DNA of 62,530 nucleotides, counting the filler, from Catajapyx aquilonaris (lineage: Eukaryota), in the NCBI GenBank assembly GCA_000934665.2. It is 2 parts of 2 records of this genome, joined end to end, with 100 filler letters (N's around TTAATTAATTAA, not from the genome) between each part and the next. Parts side by side here need not be neighbours in the genome. Positions count along the whole stretch, not along the records: positions 31,174 to 62,530 come from JYFJ02004588.1; 1 more part is not named here. The stretch is one strand, 5' to 3'. Shown here piece by piece: positions 51,136 to 62,530 of this stretch. The position numbers and the translations under genes are program-made. The stretch's first letter is position 1, and every line of letters begins with the position of its first letter. Under the pieces are notes generated by a model. It saw nothing but the letters and a program-made list of their open reading frames with translations. It ran no database searches and was not told the origin of the DNA.

Positions 51136-54100
51136 GAAAGATATGAGCTGTAAACTGCCTGAGAAAAAAACTGTGAAGTGTGGCTGGCATGTAATTTTGG
51201 GCTCATTCTCCTCGAAACCCATAAATCAAACCTCTTTCACTTTCCTGAGGCTAAACCACCCCTGAAACCGAACCCTCTTTCGCTGATTCAACCTCAGCGA
51301 TGATCCCATAATTTAACGCCCCTGGGCCTCGGTTTTAATTCACTCCAAGTGCCCTCCTAGTTTTCCCAATATTCCAGCACAGCCCAGGCCCCACTGAAAT
51401 TTGGCGACATCGTTTGCGCTTCGTGTATAGACTATAGATGGTGGTGGTGGTGGTAGGGAGGTGTCGGGGACCCCCCTTCCTAAAGGGATTGTCCCTTGAA
51501 TCAGGAGATGAATACAAGACACGGTACTAAGCTTGGAAACATCGAGTCTCTATACCCGCCCTTCATTTTAGCCTGCTGGGAAATATGTTTTTAAAGCTTA
51601 CGCCTCATTAATGGCCACCGTATTTTTTAAGAATCCGGGGGGTTAAAGTGCATGGGGATAATTTGGTGTAAAACCAGGGATGTCCTGCTGAGAGAAGGGC
51701 ATGGCGTGCAGTCTTGTCACCAGGACTAGGTCCAATGTGGGTTGACATCTGTCCGCCCAGTTCATAAAGGAGGCTTTGGGTTGACAGAAAATGAGTTGGG
51801 TTGGGGGAGAATGGACCAAAGGGGGAGACCAGCAGGAAGGAAGGGGAGGGGGAGAAGTTTTACAGATAATTCTGATAAGTACAAGTACAAGGCCTGCTGG
51901 TGTTCCGGTGTAGCATATGTGCTACGTACATATGTTTAAATTTCTACAATGTGCTCACTCGTGCCATTTTTGCCACGAGTGTCCTGAACGACACCAATCC
52001 ATCAGTGGCGTCCTTCAGGTAGCAGCAGGTTCCAATAATAAACATAGCTTTAGGCACGTATATGTTTACCTTCTCACGCTTCTACAAAAAACAAGGAGCA
52101 CTTTGACGGAAAATTCCAGGCCGTCAGTCGTAGCCTTCAGGTGCATCCAAGTGGAGTCTTCACGCCAGAAATCCGCCGGAATAGAATTGGCGTGCCAAAA
52201 AAGTAGACAGGCTTGTGTGGATGGGTGGTGAGATCCTTCCAAAAAAATAGGAGCGTTAATCCCAAGGGTGCTGAGCTACCCTCCCTTGAATGGGTTAGAC
52301 CTACCGCAATGATTAAATCAAGCATTTTTTGGGGAGCTCTTTCAGTGGGCATCCCCCCTCTTGTGTATATGGAGAGGTGGAAATGTGGCAACTGGAATGG
52401 CACCCTACTGATGCAAAGGATGGGGGTCCAGGATAATCAAATTTTGGCAGAAGGACCACCGCGTGTTGGAAGGGATGGATGGACGCAGTGTTGCCGGGTT
52501 CGGATTAGTTTTGACCCTTCCTGTACGCTTCGTTTAACCGTCGTTGTGCTCCGGGGTTTTCCGGGGCCTAATAGCCTTTCTACCCCAATTGGCGCCAAAT
52601 ATATTTCAGGGAGGCTCTATCTTTTTTTGAGGGTTCATTCCATTAGGTGCTGGAGACACGATTTATTAAGTGAGGCTTTTTGTAGGAGTTTCAGGGGTTA
52701 ATGCCAGCTGGTTCGAGATGAAGCTGCCAGAGAGTGTCTAAGCACACGGTAATAATTAAGAGTGGCATGTTTAGGCAGTGTACAAGAGTGTCATTTATAT
52801 TCATTTCACACTCGGTGAGATTACGCCCCAATGGCAGCCCTTGAGTTATCTGAAAGGTTTTAACATATAAAAATATTAAACCAACTGTAAGTGGCGAATA
52901 CCTGCTCAAAATAATTTCATATGGTTAATTAAATTTCTGAATTACACTCTACGATAGATGGTCGCAAAGGACGTGCAGAAGTGTGCAAATTTAATAACAT
53001 AACAATGAACAGCTGAAAATATTTCGCGGTATAACACGTGCTTTCATAACAACAGCGGAGTGCAAAAGCCTCTTATGTGCACCGTATTATTTCCACAATT
53101 ATTCCCTTCATACCCAAAGCTGATTAGTGTCACCTCTCCTTAACAGACATGTGGTAAATTCCCATGAAATACAGCATTACGTGCCAAGTTCCTACCTCGA
53201 TCCGCATATAAATAAACGACGAGCCTCAAATAAATGTACTCAAAAATAACCACTTCGTCGACTGCAGTGCCTCAGGACTGCTTATCAATAAATCAGGCCG
53301 TTTTCCCTCCCAAAAATCAGGTTGAAAATGCGAGCATACGCTTCTAGTGCTAGAAGGCACATCACCGCCAGGCAAAAGTTGGGCGCATATTAAGTCACGT
53401 TTACCGCCTCATTTAAAAAGCCGGGGCTTCGGTCCGTGATGAGGCGTACGTCTCCCTGCCAGAGAGCTTGTCAAAATAAACAAATTACCGCCCAAGTTAC
53501 TCAAACCAGAACTCCGCCATGTTGCCACCTCATCCAAACCCAATCGAAAAATCCATCCCTGCCCAAGCCTTCCATTGTGGTCCTTCCTTCCAAGAAATTG
53601 CATCTTACCTTTCCTCTTTCCCCCTGGAGAATCGCGACTTCTTTGGTATAAAGGGGGGCCTAAAAGGCTGAAAAGAGGCCTCCGATGTGATGGGGCTTTG
53701 GGAGACACCCCTCAAAGGCCCATTTAACCATCCCTGGCGAGCATTACTCATCGCCACAAGGCCCTTCCTTGTGCCTTGCTTGGACCTGCTCCAGCAAACC
53801 CAGCCTCCCAACCCAGAGGATTGATTCTATCCCAGATGAGAACTGCAAAACCGTGTCGTTAATGACGCTGGGTTGCTCATAAATGTTTGCATTTTTTTAA
53901 GCAGGGAAAAACATGTTAGACTCCCACGTTTTATGTGCGTTTAAGTGAGGTTTTTGGCACCGAGCTGGAGCAGAGGCACGTGAGGCCTGGAAAATGTACG
54001 GTTTTGTCGCGCCTGGAATGAAAGCCGCTTATGTGTTCCATCCGCACGCTTTCAGCTCATAACTGCAACAAGGTGGGTCTGGGAAAGTAACGCTTCTCAT

Positions 54101-56328
54101 AAATACGTCTGTAGTTGAAAATTCCCGGTTGTAAAACACTTGGTGGCTTCAAAAATAGGTTCATGAAGAGTTGATCGCCATGGTCGCAGCCAAAAAAATT
54201 ACTATGAGACTATGAAAAAAATCGCTCAAATTTTAACCAAAAAAACTAAAGTGTGGGGTTGTAAACACATTGTGCAGTAATGCAATTTCAACAGGTTGCA
54301 TACCGTGCGAGTTTTTTGAGAGCAGCTCTAATGAATCGCTCTGGCTGAGTAAAATTTAATGCCCTCGCTGATAAGAATAGTTCATCACTTTAATTAATTG
54401 CAAGCCCCCCCGACAAAATTCGTTTGAATTACAGCCCGGCCGTAAAAATTCGCGTAAAATCCTGTTGACATGCAAACTTCTTTACGTCAACAGCTCCCCC
54501 TCGTAGTCATTCATATGCAAAGAACTGTTAGTCGCCATAAAAATCAAACTCAAGCCTGGTTCCTCCCCACCTATTAAAAAAAACTGCTTAAGAAAAAAAA
54601 AAGAAGTTTCCAATCTTTGATGGAAATAGATCCATCAGAAGTCAGACTCAATCAGGGCCTTGACGTCACTCTGGTTGTAATGACTGCAACCGGATCCTTT
54701 CCTCCGATTTGGACCGCTCATCTGTAACGTTCCCATAGAAACCAAGTCCCAGGGAACGTAAGAAAGAAGAAGCTTTAAAAAATTCATTTTTTTCTCACCC
54801 GCAGGACTCTTTAAATGGCGATGTGCATATAATGTTGGGGTCAATGGTCAAGTCCTTAAGGATTGCTCCTTATGAGTTTGGTCCACACCCTTTAGAAAAA
54901 CAAGATTAGAGAGAGGGGGAACAAGAAAAAGTGGAAAAAGACATGGCCTGGAGGCTCAAGAAGTATACTAATGGCCATGCACTTTAGTGACTTCCGGATC
55001 CGCCTTTTCTCCCCCCAAAAAAGATGTTCCTCGCATCGATTTGGGCCTCTCTCTTCCCCATCTTACAAAACCCATTTCCTCCTAGAATCTGTAAACTTGG
55101 GTCGTAAATCCCGGAAGTTGTGCCCTCCGGTCCTGCTCCTATGTACTGAGCAACGGGCACAATTTCCTGCTAAATACGTCACTACCGGTTTTGGAAGACA
55201 GGAGAGAAATGACTGGAAAAATCAGCATTTTTTCGCACTCTCAGAGGTGAAGGTTCAGCTTAAATGAATGCAATATCACGTTTCTGTAGCCTTAAAATAG
55301 TGCTGACATAAGTTAGTTTCATTGTTGAATCTTGGTGCATATTTCAGACTGAATATATTACACTGTAGTAGAAAAAGGTAGAGAAAGTCATCAAAAATGT
55401 ATGGAAAAAATCAGTGAAAATAATTTTCACAAGACATAGTCTGCAGTATGAATTATTAATTACAAAAAAAACATTTTCTTTTAATGAAACGCGTTTATTG
55501 CACATTTATCAACCGAAAAAAGGAAATGAACTTCTGATGATATTGTCCATAAATATTACCCTAGTTTAAAAGGATGCCTTATCACATTTTTTTTACAAAA
55601 ATCTGGGCGAGCCCCAAGTGAAGGTAACTTTTTGTTACATCCAACCCCTTCAATTTATGCACCCCGCACATGAAATTGAATGTACAGCATCCCCTCGCAG
55701 CCAACCAATCAGACTCATCCCTCCTCTGGACTTACGCATCTCATTGAAAACGAAATAGAGTGACATTTCCCAAGTGGGCTCGATTTTCCGCGTTTATGCA
55801 AATTTAAAGACCGTTACACTTAGTACGCAAATCGAGGACTTAAGGCCGTCAATCCCAGCTGAGAAAAGGCAGCCTACAAATAGGTGGAATGGTTGAGGCG
55901 GGCGTCGTTGCCAATCAATAAGCGGCGCCCAAGACGCTCGAGACGCCTCTTTCTGCTCCTCAATTTTTTTTGTGCTTTTTTTCTCTTTTTTATAGATGCT
56001 TCGGTTCGCCTTCGCCTGGCATGCAAATCAGCCGTGGATTTCTGCCTAAGTTACCAAGTCAGAGCCACCTTTGAACGCTGCTGTGGCCACACTTTGCTTC
56101 CGAAAAAACTTTCTTTCCGAGTGCCAACTTGGCGCTGGCTGCGACCAAATGACATGTGAATTATTGATGCGACACCTCACCTGCGGCGCTGATTAGGGCT
56201 AGGCTGACCACTGTCCACCACCCGACCATGGCGATGGCATCACTGGTTATGAGTCACTAATGATGACGGGGCCACTACCTGCCAGGTAAAAGCAACAAGT
56301 ATATAACATATTGATTGTAAGTATAAAG

Positions 56329-56498
56329 TACTCTCAAAAAACAATGTGCTAAAAACATGCAGAATTATTGTGTATTGCATTGTATAACATTAGATACATT
56401 TCTGTACACAAATTGTGTCTTCAACATACTAGTACGTGTACAAAGAATAATGCACACATGATGTGTATCAAATTTGCACACAATCCTTTTAGAGAGTA
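56329..56498. mobile_element. Degenerate MITE with ACTCTC termini
   Basis: TACTCTCAAAAA...TTTTAGAGAGTA with internal ACACA/TGTGT subrepeats. No clear TSD. Confidence 0.4.
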
Positions 56499-59400
56499 GT
56501 TTGTATAAATTATATAAAAAAATGTAAGGTACATCTGGTGTGAGGCAGGTTTCAGATATTGATTTTACGCTATCGCCTTACACGCTTGTAAATTAAGCGT
56601 AAGATTAATGCAATCCACCGTGCAAAAGTTAAACCCATGTTCGATTATTCCAACACGTTTCTACACCACGTAATGTTCAATCGATTTCATGCATACTTGT
56701 ACTGACGTCACAATGGTCATCTGTTAGCAAAACTGATGTAACTAACATAATTATTAAACTATTTAACGTCTATTTGACGTCAACTACTACACTCGAGTTC
56801 AATGACCAACCTCTGCATATAATTTTGACACCAACTGCTACACGACCAGCTTCCAACACTTGGAACTAATTACACAAATATTAAGTGCCGGCCATAAAAA
56901 TTTTAAGTGCAAATCCCATACATCACTCTGCAGTTCCAAAAATATATACTCGCCTTCTTCCGCGCCCCCTTTTTTTTTCTTCCTCCAGTAAAACACACAC
57001 ACACGTGCTTCTTGCCGGCAGTGCCCCCACCCACACACGTGCCGTGTACCCCCGACCTCGTCCCGAGACTGTGTGTGTGTGACGGATATTCCGCGGGCCA
57101 AGAGACGCCGAACCCAGCGCTCTTGGCGGCCAACATCAGCACTCTTTGGTGGGCCTTTGCTGCTCTTAATAATATGGCGCGCGCTCATCGGGTTGTCACA
57201 CGGTGGTGTGTACAACCGGGTGTCGGATTGATCGATGGTGTCGAAGACTTGCTTTAGAGGGAACGTGTCCTAGGAAATCCTCACTATCTTCTGGCCCGTG
57301 TTTCGCAATCCATAAGGGATAACGTGCAGCCTCTTTTTGGGCGGGTTGGGAAGGATGGGGGAGAGTGGGGGATGGATAGAAAGAGAGATGAGAAGGGGGG
57401 AAAATATCCCTTGGGAGATACGGACACAATGGATACGGGGCCGTGTTTTGGATTCGGAGCCGATTTTAGGGCCGGATATTTATTCGCGTTTTTATGGCAT
57501 GGAGCAAGGAGAGCTTTTTGCGTTTCGGATGTTTTATATATCAAAAACACTCTTATGGCGCATCAGGGAGAGTTACTGCACCGGGTGATTCAATAGGGGA
57601 TATATTCATTAATTATTATGCGTGCATAAAGAATGTCTGTGACAGTGTACTGTAATATATCTCTTGGGCATGTACAGTATAGCTTACATTCATTCGATGA
57701 AAATGTCAGATTGCGTTTTATAAAGAGGCGGAGAATTACGTGCTGATTAATTATGAACTTTTTTGTACACATAAAAATTGACCTGCAACGACCTTTTCCT
57801 CAGTACAGTACATATACCCATAACTTAATTTAGACAGGTCTGCGGTAGTAATAAGTTAGATAATTATGGTGTGTTTGAAAGGCTCGTGACAAAAGACCGA
57901 AAAATGTAGCTCCAAGTTTTATCCTTTATGATTCATACGTATTAGAACAGTTTAATACATTCACGTTAATTTTGTATTCGAAATTGGCTATGGTATTACT
58001 TATTCACATTCAAAAAAGATTTCGTGCTTTTATTTGTGCAAATTCATCAATAACACAAGAAAAATCAAGCAACTTTGCCGTGCCACTGTTTATGCTCAAA
58101 ATTGCTATTAAACGATTCACACGTTTTTTCACCATTGTGGACCGAAAGTATTACTTAATTCGTTTTAGGACACTGAAGCTGTAAATGACAAGGGGGAAAT
58201 GCACAACGCTCTGAGGACATTATTTTGGGAAAACAATGCTCAATCTCAGTTTCAGAATGTGACCATTAAATTGTCTCCGGTAACACACCATCAACTTTTA
58301 AGATCACATCAAAAATTATTTTAAGAATAAGCATTGCATTCTGAATTTCACTTGAAATATGACTTGGGTATCTCAGCTGAAACATATTGAGCTTTTTCAT
58401 GTACAGTAATTCAGTCTCATCTAACTGCTGAAAGTGCCACATGAAATCAAAGTCCGCATAATAATGTCCCTGACTGCAGAAAAGTTACGTGAAAGGCCAA
58501 CAATAACAAAGTCAATGGTGTTGAAGAAACATAATTATTTACTCTGAAGTATGTTTCGGCATCCTTTTCAGTATGGTGCCCACGAGTGACAAACCTGATT
58601 GACACACCAATAAATTGTGCTTAACACACGCCTTGCTACTTCGAGTGTATGATTCCATTTACCGGTATATCACAGTTTCTAGAATGTTTATATAGCTGCC
58701 AGTATTAGTTGTCCATTTCAACTCATAAAATAAGGTAACCAAACAGCTCGATATAATAAGTGCTGCAGAATTTTTACCTCTGTTCAGCATAGTGAATAGA
58801 TAAACAGGGGGTTTACAATACATTATTCAATGTATTATTAGTAAATTATTATTTATTTTGGTTATCAAAAGTGATTCAATGTCACTGGAATTAAATTACT
58901 TTAGTCCTCAGAGACGAAAGCAATGATTTTATGTCTCCCTCAATACATGACATTGCATTATTTTATACTAGAAACTGATACGTACAGTACGTATTTATAC
59001 ACTTTTTTACATAGCTGAATCGCAAATTTCTCCAGAAACCTAAGATGAAAACCAATCACATTATTGTTAATACAGTACTGTAACGTCATTACCAGCTGCC
59101 TTATACCTGATAGTGGACATCCTGCATGGCTGTAACTGAAGTAAAATTTGTCAAAGATCCTAACTAAGAAGTCGTTTGATGTAAGCAGCTTCACGCTGGT
59201 AAATAATTAACAATATCGAATGTTCCAACTGTGTTTTCACTTTTTATGGATGACACTGCACAGTGCACATGCTTCTAAACTGGACACTGCCTTTTGAACC
59301 AATAAAACGTTATTGAAATAAATCCCAGCCATTACAAATCAATCACCTTCCCAAGTGCGGAACAAAGTTGTTCACAATCAATAGGACGTCCCACCCAGGC

Positions 59401-60899
59401 AGCTACGTACTACACGTCAAACTATGTTTCAGGCGCATCACTCGGGTAAACTTGGCATGACACGTCCCGTAGGATAGTTCAGCACTGTGTAGCAAATCAA
59501 GGCTCGTTTCCCACCGAGGGAGGGAGGAAGGGGAGAAATAATTATTTGTTATCCCTTAGAGGCTCTAATGGCACGTGGCAACTCCATGCCTCTTACCTAT
59601 CAATGCGTCCAGTTTAATTTGTCTATATAGTCAAATGGAGGGACTCCCTCCCTGCCATCCAGTGGCCCACATCAAATCCTACAGGAGTGTGCAATACCAG
59701 TGCCAAGTGAGGGATTGTTCACCCCAGCAACCGACTTACAGAAAAGCAATCAACTCGTAATTGTTGCTTCTGGTTAAGCTTGCCGCTGGGGCGAACAATC
59801 CGTAGTTCAACATGGGACGTGAGCAGTGCATTATTTGCCTATATTATTGGGAGTGTACGGCATGCTTGAAACCTGGAAATAATAATTATGTCCGTTCGCA
59901 ACGGGAGAAATGGAGCTGGAAACGTTTGTCTTCGGAAAGTTTCCTCGGAGACATTTGCTTTCACCTCCTGTCTTAATTTTTTATGCATTTCAGTATATAT
60001 ACTACCAAGAGCTGATACTATCCTATTCTTTGTTTCCTCCTTATTTTTCCGGCATGAGGTAACCGAGTGGCAAGGACACTGCGAGGATTCCTCAATTCGC
60101 CTTGTGTGCGCGGGTGCGCGGTCTTTCGACCGCAGCCCAGGACCAGGAAGCAAAGACGACATTTTAGTGTGTGAAATGCCATAAACATGGTCTCCTCCCC
60201 TCCACCACTTTATTCCCTATCGCACACATATGCTTCCGGACACGTGCATGAAAAATCCCCTGGCCGACTCTGCCAGCATCCCTGATCATTAAAGCCCCCT
60301 TAAACAAGGACTCACCGTCAGTAAAAAGCACACCCTCAACAAATAGTGAGCAAAAACACCATATAGCTAACGTGAATAGAATGATGTATCATTGTATCAT
60401 GCTGTCCTGGTGAACCTTTTAAATCAATCACGAGTAATGTTTCGATAACTACAGTAATACGGGCCTGTAAGTACTGCTGTACACATACATGTACACTAAC
60501 TTGTACAGTACGTAGTTGAGACGTGAACCGATAGCAGGCGCAGCAATGCATCGCGACTTCACATATACTCGGTAGACAGGGGAATATTCGGGAATATTCA
60601 TTCCTGCAACCGGTTGTGTGTTTTTCCTTCCTGTGACCTTAGCCTTGAGCTACATTAATGCACTATTACTGGCCGTATTTTACGCACGTAACAAGCTGCT
60701 GCTTCTGTTAAGGTTCCGTGAAGCAGTTTGAGACATCGTTGATCAAAAATTGGTAATCAACTGAGGTGGATATCCTGTAATATGGCTACACTGAGCGAGC
60801 CTTCCACTTGTAGGCTACTCAATATCCACGCACGGTACTGCACCAATATGATTAAAAGGTTCCCATACGTCCGCCTGATAATTATTACATTTCACCAAA

Positions 60900-61595
60900 G
60901 CACAGGGCGAGGTGGGTGCGGGGCCTAGGGCAAGAACTAAGTGCGGGGCATATTCTCAGGGAGTGAATTTATGAACAACACGAATTGCGTATCCCAAAAT
61001 TTAGTTGGCTGACTTTCTCTAATAACGTACAACCGAGGGGCGTATGCCGAAAATTTCCGGGTGCGGGGCTATAAGCAGTGGAGGGCGGGGAGCAAAAGCC
61101 CGCCGCAGGCGAAATTTTTTGGGGGGTTGAAGGTTACCCGAGCTTAGTTGAATGGGTGCGTATTGATGAAATCAGTAGCACTTTTTCCAAAAAATCATGA
61201 ATTAGTAATGAATAATTTGGATTTTTGGAAGCGCGGGGCCTGGCAGTAATTAGGGAGGGAGACCCCACTGAGGGAGAAGCAAGGGTGTACCTCGCTCAAG
61301 CCCTCGCTGCACTTATTATTATCGAAGGCGAAGGCTCGCACATCCACATGTTGTTATTAGATAACATAGTTTAGGTTGGGGAGTCCTTTTTACCAGACGT
61401 GTTCGTTTCAAGAATCTGGCATATGATGCAATAAGGATTTTTTATTTGTTGATTTTTAAATTTTTTTAGTAGGACCAGGTAGGACAGTGAAAGAATGCGG
61501 GGATGTCTAAGTTTTGTACAATTATTCCGTAAGTTGCCCGTTGTCTTCCCAAGCGCGAGGCCTTCCCAGCGCGGGGCCTGGGGCAGGGGCCTATA
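60900..61595. mobile_element. Probable hAT-like non-autonomous relic
   Basis: About six dispersed GCGGGGC(CT) motifs (~60918, 60943, 61062, 61232, 61555, 61570), plus AGGGGCGTA and CCCGCCGCAGGCGAAATTTT motifs. Termini are unresolved. Confidence 0.35.
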
Positions 61596-62267
61596 GTAAC
61601 AGCACATCGTTTCCAGCCACATTGCTCCACATAAAAAATAATTGACGTATAAAATCGCTGCTGTTACCACTGTCAGGAAGTGGATTTCCTTCCTCGGTTC
61701 GGCTGTTTAAAATGAAATTATTCATTCTCAACACTAATACATTTACTCTTATTTAAAAGTATCGGACTCAGCCTGAAGAATTTACAGAAACCTGAGAAAT
61801 TTTTCTCCATCAGATAGGCTACTGGAGATGTGAAAATATGAAACGCCTCCTACCCATTTCTCTGCGTCTTTTTCCTCGAAATAACAAATTATTTCTCAAG
61901 ATAAGACCCCTGCTCCAGTGACTGCAAGAAGTTGTTACTTGAAGAACAAGTTCATAAGTGCCCACTTACAAAAGTCCAATCTACACTCTTGTATATTACA
62001 AACATCATGTTGGCCAATACAGGGAAGTTAAATATTGGTAAAGTGCTCACCCATTATTACGTGTCAGAGGTACATAAGCTGACATGTACTTTAAAAGCAT
62101 CGATGAAATTTGTCAGAGAGACTGGTTCTGATAATCCGACCGCGTAGCTAAATGCGATAGTCACCACATCCTTTGAATTTTCCTGCAAGGAAGCTTTGCC
62201 TGCACAACATTTCACTATTATTCGAGCTCTTTCACTTCCATTCATGAAAGGACGTTAATTCTGATTC

Positions 62268-62272
62268 TCAGT
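62268..62272 (+). promoter_or_regulatory. Candidate arthropod initiator (TCAGT)
   Basis: TCAGT begins 56 nt upstream of the ATG at 62324. Confidence 0.3.
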
Positions 62273-62323
62273 GTCGACACATCAGCACCTCGTGTGTGTT
62301 ACTACAGTTTTAATTTCAACGCG

Positions 62324-62530
62324 ATGGTAAAGCTTCTCTTAGTGATTGTTTTCACGTCTTGTTACAGTAGAGCTCAGCAAGGTAAGACTCCTTTTTAGAC
62401 ATTACAAACAACGTATTTAACTTACCATTTGGCTGCTTATTAATGGCAGATGACCTGGATGTGACGGTGGTCAAGTCACCTCTCTCAACCCCAGCCGTGT
62501 ACTGCCACGCCAGCAACAATGCTTCCGATC
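62324..62530 (+). CDS. 5' end of a probable secreted or cell-surface protein gene (exon 62324-62381, intron 62382-62449, exon 62450 to beyond 62530)
   Basis: Exon 1 encodes signal-peptide-like MVKLLLVIVFTSCYSRAQQ and ends at a strong donor (CAAG|GTAAGA). A 68-nt phase-1 intron has a TTTAAC branch-like motif and a CAG acceptor. Exon 2 stays open to the window end: DDLDVTVVKSPLSTPAVYCHASNNASD. Confidence 0.55.

Noticed and set aside
60579..60599. Tandem GGGAATATTC as NF-kB sites upstream of the secreted-protein gene
   Set aside because: Lacks the terminal CC of the kB consensus and could be a simple 10-bp duplication.

Overview
Eukaryotic, animal-type genomic DNA, most likely arthropod (inferred from the protein and the transposon repertoire). 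The window is mostly non-coding, and nearly all short ORFs in the track are noise. Two genes are supportable. The first is an intronless ~754-aa minus-strand gene (40399-42663): N-terminal coiled coil, long disordered linkers, a central ~160-aa domain resembling the RRM-type core of LINE (L1/Tx1) ORF1 proteins and ZCCHC3 but without zinc knuckles, and a C-terminal LPWCGCFGG motif. It is a candidate domesticated retrotransposon ORF1 module and the most interesting item here. The second is the first two exons of a probable secreted or surface protein at the right edge (62324 onward), which the ORF track misses. The rest holds many non-autonomous transposons: a full-length tRNA-derived SINE with a 10-bp TSD, an internally deleted mariner, two deleted CAGGGTG-ended Tc1/mariner-superfamily elements, and PIF/Harbinger-, Kolobok-, pogo- and CACT-type MITEs. 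There are also microsatellites and a 100-nt assembly gap containing an artificial TTAATTAATTAA linker. All family assignments come from motif recognition by eye; no database search was run.
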